Origin: Bugula neritina
Taxonomy: Eukaryota; Animalia; Bryozoa
Assembly: GCA_964035545.1 (NCBI GenBank)
Contig: OZ037766.1
Span: 5,446,722 to 5,510,721 of the forward strand
Direction of reading: 5' to 3'
Length of the DNA stretch: 64,000 nucleotides
In this document: piece after piece, positions 26,152 through 38,836 of the stretch
Numbering within the stretch: position 1 is the first letter of the stretch
Layout: the number at the start of each line of letters is the position of its first letter
Translations under genes and position numbers: made by a program
Notes under the pieces: model-generated
Told to the model about the DNA's origin: nothing
The model's input: the letters and a program-made list of their open reading frames with translations, nothing else
Database searches by the model: none

Positions 26152-29100
26152 AACTTCTTTTCAGTTCATTTCCGATTACTCTACAAAATCAAGTGAAAAT
26201 GATAAAAATAATAGGCAATCGGATGAATATGAAAGCAACTGAGTAGAAGGATTAAAAAGTGAGAACATCAAATTATTACTTGACTATAAAATAATGAAAG
26301 TGGGAAAACATGATATCGCAGTTATTTCAAGTTGTTATTACTATTAGACTTTAGTGATTATCGAAAAGGTTTAGACAGCTTTAAAATTACTAAATGGCAT
26401 AGTATTTTACATCTAAAATAAGTATATAACAAGTCATGTAGAAACATGCTGATTTTTTCGATGTGTCAGCTGTTATCCTACACAAAAATTGAAACATTGT
26501 TCAACAGACCACAGATTACCTTTGTTAAGGCGAACACTCTTGGTTAAAGAACGTTATAAACTATTAAATTCAAATCGGTTAATAAACACTCCATCTGCTA
26601 AGAGAGGAGAACCAACATCTATTTCTGCATCTTCACAAACTTTACTCAACAGTTTTCTCCCTCGAAGATTTGAGGATACTACCTCATAACACAAACTCAG
26701 CTTAGCTATGTGCTAAAATTTAATACGTTACAATTTAAATTTCAAAACTTAACAGCATGTCAGAAGAGATTTACATTTATTTCAACATGAACATGTGATA
26801 AACCCCAACTAAAACAACATAAGCACTCGTAATTATAATATTTATATTAATTTTGCGACTGCAGCTGTTAGCAGAGTTCTAATTTTTACGAGGTGAGCTA
26901 TAATTATTCCCTTAGTTGTACTGTCTCATTTATATCATCATTATGATCATGGTCATCATTTTTAATATAATGAAATTAAAAATCAAAATGAAAATGACAA
27001 TCAGTATCACTTAAACTTAAAGTTCAATTTGAAGTTAATCACATTCACTGATTTAAGTTAATATAAAGATGAATAGCAAAAATAATGGTACTTTTTTCGC
27101 AGAATGACATTGACTGTAGCCGTGGACCTGCGACTGAGAAAAACTGCTCGTTGACCTAAGTCCATTACGTTGCAGATTATGCTATGCTTTGCTATGATTC
27201 AGTTAACTGCGCTAAAATGGGGTTCCTTATAGCACAATTTGTGGGCGTGTTTTCTATTGTGCAAATAACAAAGGATACGATTACGCCCCCAAATTAGAAT
27301 CAAATCGAATGCTGGTAAACGCGTGCACGTCCGCATCCACTGAACTGAGGTTAACAATATTAATGAATATAATATTATTTATATTAATATTATATTGCGA
27401 TTACCCTAATATTGCCTTATTATGATTCGATTGTTGATTATAATTATGAAAAAGCCGCAAATGACGCAATTCTAATTGAATTTCAAAACATTCACCCAGT
27501 TTACTACCCTATAACTAAAAGTATAAATCTATTCTAAGTACTACTGTACAGTGTACTGTCACTGTGAGTACTTGTAGTAGTAGTAGTAGTACTAGTACTA
27601 CTCTACTAGTACTAAACCTAGTACTAGTAGTAGTACTAGTACTACTGCTACAGTGAGTGCTAGTGCTAGTACAAATACTACTAATACTAGGTCTAGATAT
27701 TGAAAGTGATTGATATTGATAATCACGTGAAGGTAATCGGTATGATTTATGATCATCAATATCATTATATTTATTGATTATTCATTATCATTATGTTTAT
27801 CGCATTCAATTCCATTATGATTATGATTAATATTATCATTATAATTTTTTTATTCTTATGATTATGTCTAATTTTATGATTATGGTTATAATTATTTAAT
27901 TTTATAATGAAAATTATCATGATGATGATCATGATGATGATTAATGGTAGTCAGTACGACTATGAGTATCACTATCAGATTATGATATTGAAATGAAAAT
28001 TAATCGGACTATGAGTTTTTGTTTCTATAACTATAAGTATTAGTATAGCTATGAGATCTATAGTTATATTTTAATTTATGCTTGTAGTTATACTGAAGTT
28101 ATACTTATAGTCTAAGTCACATTGATATCCATCTTGATATGTCAATGAATATAAAATTGAATGTTTTACTCAGTAATCCATTTCTAAGACCAAGTTCTTA
28201 TTCTGAAGAGTGAATGAGTTATTGAGTGTCACTATTACTATCAGCATTGTGATTGTGTCAATGAGTTATTCTGTTATTACTATTAGTATTACTGTTTATA
28301 ATAAATGATTGTTTTCAAAAGATTCATATGGGAGGGGCTTATAAATCACTACTGTCAATACAATCTGAGCAGACTTCTATAAGTTGATTACTATTTTAAA
28401 TGCGTTTCATATATGAATACCTTTTGTGTCATTCAGTTTTACTATCTGACAGTCATACTCATAATAAAACTGAAACTAATTGTTAATCATTGAATGTTAG
28501 CATTAATCTATGACATTATTATTATGTTATTAAATTTAGCAATATGGTTGATAATTTTGAATACATATTGAGGTAATCTTTAATTTGAATTGCAAGTAGA
28601 ACCTAAATAGTAAATAAAGACCTCAAGTTAACACTCAAACTTTATTAAATAAAATTATCAACTCTAAAGACTAATTAAGTTTAATTTTTCACTTTACATA
28701 CTTGTACTATTCTCAAAGAAAATATATATTAGTATGGCTATCAGTTCAATTATAGCATTGTTTGTTAGTTTTGTTTTATGACAGTCATTTGCATATAGGT
28801 ATCTCAAATTATGTATGTTACGATTAATCTAATCTGGAAATGGGTATTGTATAGATATGTGAAGCTTTTTTATAAAGCAGTAAACTAAGGTGTATGATTA
28901 TGCTATGACCACAAAGAATAGTCACTTGAAAATGACAACAAGGACCCATACAACATTTAAAACCTGAAAAATATTTCCAGTATAAGTGTCATATAGGTTT
29001 TACCGTAGTACTACAATTATCGGCAGAAAAATGTTATGGTTCAGGAGTTTTCTGCTTGTTGTAATAGCTCTTGTTTTGCTACTTGAAATATGATATTTGA

Positions 29101-29414
29101 AAACTACAATTCATCAAGTTAATAGTTTCTATCAGGAAAATATTGGGTGTCCACTTGTAAAAATGTTTTTCATATATTTTGGTTATGCTGATGGTTTATT
29201 TTTTATTTTGGTACAACTCTTTAATTTCCAATATTCATTTTTTGGCTGTGATTGTATTTCCCCCCCCCCCCAAATTGTAAAATTTATATAATTTGTATTA
29301 CTATTTAAGATATATCAAGTTAAACACTCACTGGCCACAACATAACCTTCTTGTTGGTTTTGTTTGCTTTAGGTAAAATAGATTGCGTTCAAGGAGATTA
29401 ATAGTTCAGCTGAA

Positions 29415-32400
29415 ATGCTAATTACAGAGTTGTGAGTATAACACTCTATAATACACTATTTTTAAACTTGAAAAGTTTTTTAACTATAAATAGACTCAAT
29501 GAAATAGCGTTCAACTTTAAACTTATGTAGGGTTAGGCGTTGTTTAGTGTTAACCTTTTGAAGGGCGAGATGAATAATGAGCTTACTAAATGGGTTTCCC
29601 TGGCCTATACAATTTTATGTGTTGTGCTAAAAATTAATAAGCTATAAACTTGTTTTATATCAAAAATAACTACTTTATCTTAGTTTCATGTCATTACAAG
29701 ATGAAACAAATAGCTTGCCTTTCATTAAGTTTCAGCCTACATAGTCCTCAATAAGCTTTATATATTCTATGGTATACAATCATTTTGATGATTGAATGCC
29801 CATATTGGAAAGCACCTGTACTGTAAGTAGATGGCATGAGTGTCTCTCATAGTCTTTTAACATGTAGCGCAAGTGTGGTAATTATTGTTCAACTACATTT
29901 TGAATATTGAGTAGGCTTTAGCCACAGATACTAAAGCAGATCATGAGATTTAATTTTGTTTTTATTCATGTTTATCCTCATTTGCTTAATCTGTGATACA
30001 TTAAAGCTGTTTATGTATTACACAAGGACATCAACTCATCTTGCTGTTGTAATCACTCAACTACTTAAAGAAACCTACTTTTAATCAAATAAAATCTGAT
30101 TTCTTAGTAAACTTTATCATGTGTTGATGTTATGATTGCAGTCGAATCATACTGCCTATGACAGTGGAAGAATATCATGTTGGGCAACTGTATTCAATCG
30201 CTGAGACAAGCAAAAATGAAACTGGAGGTGGTGAAGGCGTAGAAATTGTAGAAAATCATCCATATACTGGAAACCCAATATTCTTTGGTGATTTCCCAGA
30301 TGGGCAATACACTCACAAAGTGTACCACATTGCCAGGTATGTTCTCTAATGCACACAATGATCAAGCAGCATATATATGTATGTTTTTTAAAATCTCAGG
30401 AATTTCGTATTTGTGACAGCATTGACATTATGTATATCTCATCCATCTAACTGTTTTAACATATTTTTCTGTTTTTTTATAGTAAAGTACCAAAGTGGGT
30501 TCGAATTCTAGCACCTAAAGGCTCTTTAGAATTTAAAGAAGAGGCATGGAATGCATATCCTTATTGTAAAACAGTCATAACGGTGAGACAGTGACATGGA
30601 TAATATATTATGGTTGTTTATTGCACATTTTACACTGTGTGTGTGCGTGCGTGCGTGTGTATGCACTGTTACAGTTTGGCATTTTCATTTGCCCCTGTTA
30701 TCTTTTAAGGATACTAAAACACTTACACATAACGACTATTTAAATGAGTGATAACTTTTCTTTACGTAAAACTACAACACTTTGCATTTGCTGTTGAGCT
30801 TTTTTTCATGTTCTTCCATCATTCTACAAACATGTTTTGTATTTTAGAATCCAGAATATATGAAGGATAAAATGACTATATCAATCGAAACAATGCACCT
30901 AGCTGATAAAGGGGAAACAGAAAATGTAAGTTCAATAAAAAAGTTTTTATTTTTGCAAATTTAAATATTTTCATTATTTTTTGTTATGGCAACAATTTGT
31001 TTTCTACTATTTTATCTGTTAATTTCATTGGGTGAGATTTTATGCAGTTGATTAGCATTACCACTGATGCAACATAGTGTATAACCTATCCTATGGTCCA
31101 TCCATATCAGTTGAAGGAGTCTTCAAAATCTGTAAAATGGTTTATTCCTAATTTAAATCCGTCTTTCTCTTCTTAACGAAAATTTGGATCTGATGCTATG
31201 GGTTACCAATCAAAGCCATTATGTATTGCCACACTCATGCTATGCCAGCATCATGAGGCATTGTGAAAAGTTTGCTTTAATTCTATATTATTTGAGTAAA
31301 ATGCTTGTCAATCCTGTCAAAAGAATTTTATATATACTAAGCAGTAAATATCCTGCACATTTATTTTGTTCTGAATGCAATGTGTGGGTGAGTTTTGATT
31401 TTAATTTTCAACTCAGCAACTTGTTTTTACAATTACTTGCTATTTTTGTTTCTACATTTACATGAACTAAATTTACAGGCTGTATTAAAACTAATTCATC
31501 TTGCCTCTTTCTATACTCCTGATATCAAAGAGTCAACTGTGTGACCTATTACTTTGTGTTCTAAACCCTCTTGTATAATTGTATAACATTACACTACGTG
31601 AATGCATTAGCTAGAGTGTTTATTATACAGCTAGCCTATCTCTTGTATAATGTTATTATATCATGTTACTATACTTATATTTAGGCTCACAGGCTGACCC
31701 CCGATGAGCTAAAGAAAAGAGAGGTCATATACATCGATATAGCCAATGATACGATCAGGTCTTCTGATTATAAAGCTGATGAAGATCCAGCAAAGTTCAA
31801 GTCTGAGAAAACCGGTAGAGGTCCCCTAGGAGAGAATTGGATAGTAAGTTACATACACATTGATTGTGGTATTGCTGGTTCACAGTCTATTTAAATCTAT
31901 TCCATTGGAGAGCTTTTTATCTACTGAATCTGTCTAGCATAAATTAGTTACATTAGAAAAACATAATTCATAAGCTAGAGTATGCTGCAAGTGTATTGCA
32001 GAAGGTTAAATATTGTTTTCATATTTTTTTAAGAGTTTTCTAATATACATTTTAGAAAACTGTAAAAGAACAATGTGTGTTAAATTTTTTTCTCAGCACT
32101 TTATGAATAATTAGCTTCTTGAAAATTTATAGAATAAAAAGCATAATTACACTATGTTGAAATCTTACAATTTTTTTTAATAATTTAAACTTGTAGGCTC
32201 AAAGTAGTCATTCAAGCATTGCACTCTAATTCTATGAAATAAATGGTTATAAATTTAATTTTCAACCATATTTTTAATTTTTTTTTATCTGGCAAAATAG
32301 CATCTCTGATTGCAAGAAAGTAATATTTTTAATAGTTTATTTTATTTAAAAATACTTCGGCTTGTAGGAGACTGCCAACCCTGTGATGTGCTGCTACAAA

Positions 32401-33150
32401 CTGGTTAAATGTGAATTCATTTGGTTTGGACTTCAATCTAGAGTAGAGAAATTCGTTATGCCAGTAAGTAGATGATTCTATAGTTTCTCTGATACTCACG
32501 CATACATGTATACGTCTAGATGTTTTGAATTAGTCCTTTAATTTGTTTCTTTGTATATGTTTGAGCTGTGAAATTCTTGTCAGACTAAATTTTACTGTAG
32601 CCTTTGTTCATTCATGTTTTTAGGTCTATCATAGAATGTTCACTAACTTCTATAGACAAATGTTCTGTCAGATTGACCAGTGGCATGGTCTAACTATGGA
32701 AGATATCCGTGCAATTGAAGAGAAAAATAAGCATGAACTGAATGAGGTATGGCATTTAGAGTTGCCTTCACTATTTTAGCTGTAGCAGCTGTGTTAAAAC
32801 ATAACATCATACTCTCTTGGGAATACAGTACCATAACTTTAAAGTTACTTGCTTTTGTATTGGCATTAGTTCTAGGAATATGCAGTTTGGTTGTGTTATG
32901 GAGATGAAATTTAGTAACAACAAGTAATATATGTCTGTTATTTTTTCATAACTACACGGGTGTTCTCTATCAATTTATATTTTGCATTGAAATTCCTATT
33001 TTTTATTTTAATTTTAACCTATTTTATTATTGGCCATGTCATAACTGTAGAACTCGTAATGAAGTCATCATGAATAAACAGTAATTATTGTGTTTTTCTA
33101 TTTTTTAGGTGCGGCAAAAAGGTTCAGTCAAAGGAACTGTCGTTGATTAG
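29415..33150 (+). CDS. Phosphatidylinositol transfer protein, class I (PITP alpha/beta-like), paralog 1
   Basis: Exons 29415-29431, 30142-30336, 30483-30582, 30848-30925, 31685-31843, 32368-32463, 32624-32746, 33109-33150 give an intact ORF: [80 protein letters not shown]. Confidence 0.95.
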
Positions 33151-36110
33151 TCACCCCTGGGAACTATTTAAAGAAATTATAAAACAGCAAATCATTCAGG
33201 GATTTAAGTTTATATATCTTACCAATAGCTCACTAGTTACAACCCTCATACTGCACCATATGCTCAATTTCTTCTTTTAGTTACTATAATGCCCAAAATC
33301 ATCATATATTACACAGTTGCCAAATTTTTGCCCTTTAGTTAAATGTAAATTTTTAGCAATGTCAAACTTTCATTTCTTGTTTGCTATAAACAAAAACATT
33401 CCTGTAATTGTTAAACAATAGGAGTTGTCATTTCTATACATTTTCTTTCAAACAAAGAATTATTTTTAACACTATTTTATTATGTATATGGTGCAAACTA
33501 TAAAGCATATTTATTTTTTCACTTAATAATTAGATTGTAATGCTGGTGCTATAATATATAATAAACATGATTTTGTTGAAGTTCAGACTTGTATTCTTGT
33601 GAATCTATAGCAAGTGTACATTTATATATTATATTTCATACTCCTTCAGTGTAACACTTAAATTTATTGGCATAGAAAATGATTATATCCAATGTTTTTG
33701 TAAAATAGTAATAGTATTATATACATTTATATATACATATTATATATACACATATATACATATTATGTAAATGGTAAACCAGGGTACAAAGTATATTGGT
33801 AAAAGCTAACCACATTTTACTAGTTGTCTATAAACAAGGCAACAACCTCTTTTTAGTTTGATGGAATATTATTTATAAACTCCTAAAAATTATAACTTCA
33901 GAAAGAACTGGGTATATTAGAATTATTATTATCACTATTAGAAAGTTATTTTAATATACAATGACACCAATAATCATCTTCGTATAAAAATCATGCATTT
34001 GAAATGGATTTTTTATAATACCGTTTTAACCTAACTATGATTATTAATCCCTATTTGATTTGAACTAGCAAGTTTATGCGGCTTAATTATAGTAAATTGT
34101 CTGCTAGTTGCATGGCAATTTATGTTAGTGAAAACGAAGCTTCCCCAGGAATTACTATGCACGCTCCAGCTAGTACCTCTTTGCAAACACTAAAATAGTG
34201 AAACATCAGACTTTGAATTTTGTAGATTAAAAATATCACTGCAGAGTATTATATTGCACTTGGTGAAATGTAAAGCTGAAAATCTGTCCGCTTAATTATA
34301 GATGGGTAGCAAGATTTTACTCTTGTATAATTCCTGTGCAATAAATCTTAAATATCTATACTCGATACTCTGGCTTATTAATCTGCATAGCATCTCATCT
34401 TAAATACCCACACATTGTGAACCTTGAAATTCACAACACATCGGACTAAATAAGACCACACGTTTTGGGTCTTATAATTAGTGTTTAAATGTTTAACTTG
34501 ACATGAATGAGAGTTCTATTTGTATAGCCTAATACCTATGTGCAATTTCAACTGTACAGTTGAATAAATTCAAATAATTTAAGGTTTTGAAAGTTTATTT
34601 TGTTAGCCAGCTATCACTAATGAGTCTAGGCACAACTCCTCTACTTGAACTTAATAATACTTTGAATATAAGAGCTGTAGGAGTGCTGCTATACAAATTG
34701 GTATCATATCCACTTCCAGGTGTTTAAAACCTTGTGCAATAATAAAAAGTGTTTGTTTGGTAGGTTACGTGAGTAAAAATACAGCAACATTATTGCGTTG
34801 CTGTAACTTGCAAGCTTAGCACAACTTTGAGTCATCTAATACTTGAGCCTTGATAAATGTAGGTTTTACTTCTAGCTCATATTCAGTTAGGTGTTTTGTA
34901 GATTGGCTCTAACTGATTGTCCAGTTATCACTGAATAGTGATGAACCTTACAGCTTTTCAAGGTTTTTGTACAAAGTTTTATAGCAGATTTAATAACGCT
35001 CTGCTATAAGAGCTTTGTATACATTTGTTTAGTTGTTTGGAATTTAGACTAAAATTAGAAAAGGCTGGAAAGACCTGTTAATACCCATATTTACAATTTT
35101 TCGATACGAGCCATTTAATTAAACTGAATATAAATTTACCAGCATATTTTCTAGTTGGTCAAAATGTTGTTTATAAAACTTGTACATATGCAAGTAATTG
35201 TTGATACATCAGTAGCTTAATAGAAACTCAAAAGTAATCAAAGAACAGCAAAATATAGAGGTTGGATCAATGATAATAAAAGATTGCAGAATATTTACTT
35301 GGTTATGTGTTAATCTCATTATTCTATTAGTATGATTTATAAATGTTGGCTCTATAAAAAAGATGACCTAAAAAGGTTCTTGCTGGTATAAAAGAAAGAG
35401 GAATTTAGTGTATTTTACTAATTCCTGTCATCATATCCAGTGCTTACTCACTATAACTTTCAAGAATGAAAAATAAAAGAAGCTATGATCAAAAAATGAA
35501 AATATTGAAGAATAGATGCAAAGATTGTATTTGACTGCATAAGTACAGTTTAAAAAACTTGAATAATATAAACGTTGCAATGTCTCTCTGCTTGAATAAA
35601 CAAGTGGGTCATTATGGACTAAAGAAAGCTCGAGGCATCAGAACTTCTGCATGCTGCGTATGTAATATACTGTACTGCAGTAGTAATTATGCAGTAGTAA
35701 TTTGGTCATGCAAATATGATCTTGTGATGCATATGATTTATAACAATAGCAATATAATATTTGCTATATGACATGAAAATATAAAAAAATCATTATCCTG
35801 GCACCCATTTTGGCCCTTAGCATTGTGATCAATGTATAGGTAGTATAAACTTTTCAGGCTGCAAGGTGCATTTGAGGACCACTTTTCATTACCAACTTTG
35901 TTCCCTGGTGCTACTTTTTTTAGGTATACAACTGGTAATTTAATTGTACAGCCAATAAGCAGCTCCCAAATAGTCATGGCAAGATATTATGATGATTAAC
36001 AACTAATCCCACATAGCTTTGCTATACTCTAATCATGCATTTTTCAATATAATCTGTCACTTCAACCATTTGTCTGGTAGATTACTAATTAGGTTTGTTC
36101 TACTTTGTGT

Positions 36111-37371
36111 CTTTGAGTAAACAATAATATTATTCATAAGGATTAGAATTATGACCCCCTTGAATGTAAACGCCTGCTACATCTAGATATTAAGTAGACC
36201 GGCACTGGGCTGCATACGTAATGGTCAGCTTTGTATCTGGCGAGCAGGCATTTCAGAGCAATTTAGCTTCTTGCTTTCATGTAGTGTCTTTGAGCTTTTG
36301 TAAATGTATATAAATACAGTGACTATTATGTAATGGAGAAAAACAATTATAAAAACTAAAAATATTAAAATTATTTGTCCATCTATTTATTTCATCCTTT
36401 TTATTTTGACTTTCTTCAAATATAATGCATAAACCAACATAAACATTTAGTCTTATCAATTTTCTAACAGTAGAATTACTTCTCAAAGTTTGACAATTTG
36501 AAAATTTCTCAAACTTCTAAAAGCTGCTACTTGCTTGCTATTACACTTAAGGCTTTGAAATCTGAAACATGTGTTATTCAAACTCTTTTGAATGGAATCT
36601 CGGAGCTACTTTTTGAGAATTTTTTTTAATTTTGTTTCAAGACAATTTTTTGAAAAATATCTACATTTTCCAAATCTTTGTCGGTTTGAGGTGCATTTAG
36701 AGCAATATGCTGTGACAAGGTACTAAATCTGACACCAGACAGAGTAACGGTTAAACTTGATGTCTACACACTAAATTGATGTCTCTTGGCAGCAGGTTTA
36801 GTAACTCGCCACAGCATATTGTTCTAAATGCACTTCAAACCCACAATAGATTTTGAAAATGTAGATATTTTTCAAAATTGTCTTGAAACAAAATTAAAAA
36901 AAATTCTCAAAAAGTAGCTCAGAGATTCCAAGCCATAAGTGTAATTGCAAGCAAGTAACAGCTTTTAGAAATTTGAAAAATTTGGAGATTGGCAAACTTC
37001 GATCAGTAACTCTAGCTACCGTTAGAAAATTGATAAGACTAAATGTTTGCGTTGGTTTATACATCATATTTGAAGAAACTCACAATAAAAATAGTATAAG
37101 CATAATTAGATGGTGAACAAATAAATTTAATATTTCTAGTTTTCATAACTGTTTTTCTCCATTACATAATAACCACTGTATTCATATACATTTACAAAGG
37201 TAAAAGATACTACATAAAAACAAGAAGCTAAATGTCTGTATTTTAGGTACAGTGATGACCACTACCTATGCAGTCCAGTGATGGTCTACTAAATCTCCAG
37301 ATGTAACAGGCATTTACATCTAACATGGGGCCATAATTCTAATCCCAATTAATAATACTGTCTACTCAAAG
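36111..37371. mobile_element. ~1.26-kb foldback/palindromic element (arms ~600 bp, short spacer) between PITP paralogs 1 and 2
   Basis: The left arm (36111-~36735) is the diverged reverse complement of the right arm (~36790-37371), for example GGAATCTCGGAGCTACTTTTTGAGAATTTTTTTTAATTTTGTTTCAAGACAA versus TTGTCTTGAAACAAAATTAAAAAAATTCTCAAAAAGTAGCTCAGAGATTCC. I could not identify a TSD. Confidence 0.85.
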
Positions 37372-38069
37372 GAGTCTATGTACAACTACACAGGCCATCG
37401 TTGTTACAACTGGGTCAATGCTATTGATTTTTATTAGGTCAATTGATCATCACAGTCACCCCTACACTTCAATAAGGTTCGGGACAATAAATAATTATTA
37501 ATCTTCAGCCAGCGCCTGCCCTAATTTCTTTCGCTACACCACTGAACTGGAAAAGATAATATTATTGAGTTCATTGCGCTACACTTCTAAACTAGGACGC
37601 AGGCTTTTCACAATTTATCTATTACTGTACTACAAGACACGCCCTCTACTAGAGCTACGCGTACTCGTGCATCTCACCAAGCCCATGTGAATGACACTGA
37701 CAAAAGCTCTAACTTATTAGCCAAAGCATAGGCTACTGGGGTGACATCTCTACAGTCTATAAGAGTCGAGACCACAACTCAGGTAGGTGTTTAGGAGCCA
37801 TTATATCTACATCTAAACAGATTCACAACCAAAGCAACTACTAAAAACTAGTGCTGTGTATATATATTTAGTGATATTGTAGTGAATGCGCCTATAGTGG
37901 ACTGAATTATATTGTAGTTATTAACTAATCAACTTTACAAATTAAATCTGCATAATTGGACAATTTAGATTTTGGCACTTGACATCACAATAAAATAACG
38001 TTACAATTAACGAAATACTTTTTATTTCATGTACTTATGGTATTTCAACTTTATTGTTGCTTAACTCAT

Positions 38070-38118
38070 AGTCTAGACTCTAGAGTCTAGACTCTAGAGT
38101 CTAGACTCTAGAGTCTAG
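38070..38118. repeat. Self-complementary 14-bp tandem repeat (AGTCTAGACTCTAG), about 3.5 copies
   Basis: Directly visible; TCTAGA recurs every 7 bp. Confidence 0.9.
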
Positions 38119-38836
38119 AAGTTTGAACATATTAAATATTTTGTAAATCTGAAAGGTAAAAGCTAGCAGCAATAACAGTGAGAGAAATTTTAGCAGCCAG
38201 GGTCATTTATATTACCCAGGTAGCTAGACTAGTTTATGGCTTCACAATATTGTTGTTGGTGCTCAGGTAATTCATGCCAGTTAAATTATTGATGGCACAA
38301 TACACATGTATGCATAAATCTTTCTTCTGTGTTGAGTTGAGCAGCGCTATATGTTTGACTATGCCACCAGGACTATTCAAAGCTACTATAGGTGGGTGTA
38401 GCACTGACCAAAAACTTCTCTCACAAGAGAACATTCAAAATCAAAGGAACACATAGCCAATGTTCCTCTAGGCAGACTGCCAAAAAGTACTACCTACTGT
38501 TAAGCACAGAGTAATGTTGTTACAACTCAGGAGTTATCTGCTTGTTTTGTTAGCTGTTATTTATCTATCAAAATATATATTTGAAAAATATCATGTACAT
38601 CCTATCTATAGTTAGTAATTTTATCAAGAGTATATTAAGTATCCATATGTGAGTATATTTCTAATTTGTTTAGCTCATTTGCCTTGGCCATACTGATTGC
38701 AATCTTTCAATCTGTAAACACACAGTTGCTATGACAAAAGCTCTTTGTTTTAATAACGTTTGATTCTTTTTTATTTCTGTCTAATTTAGGCAATATAAAG
38801 TTACTGGTTACTTAAGAAGTTACTAGTTGAACTACA

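Noticed and set aside
27723-27730. TCACGTGA as a TFEB/CLEAR element
   Set aside because: A single 8-mer inside a low-complexity block; I saw none at the HPS5/TMEM106 promoter, where it would be expected.
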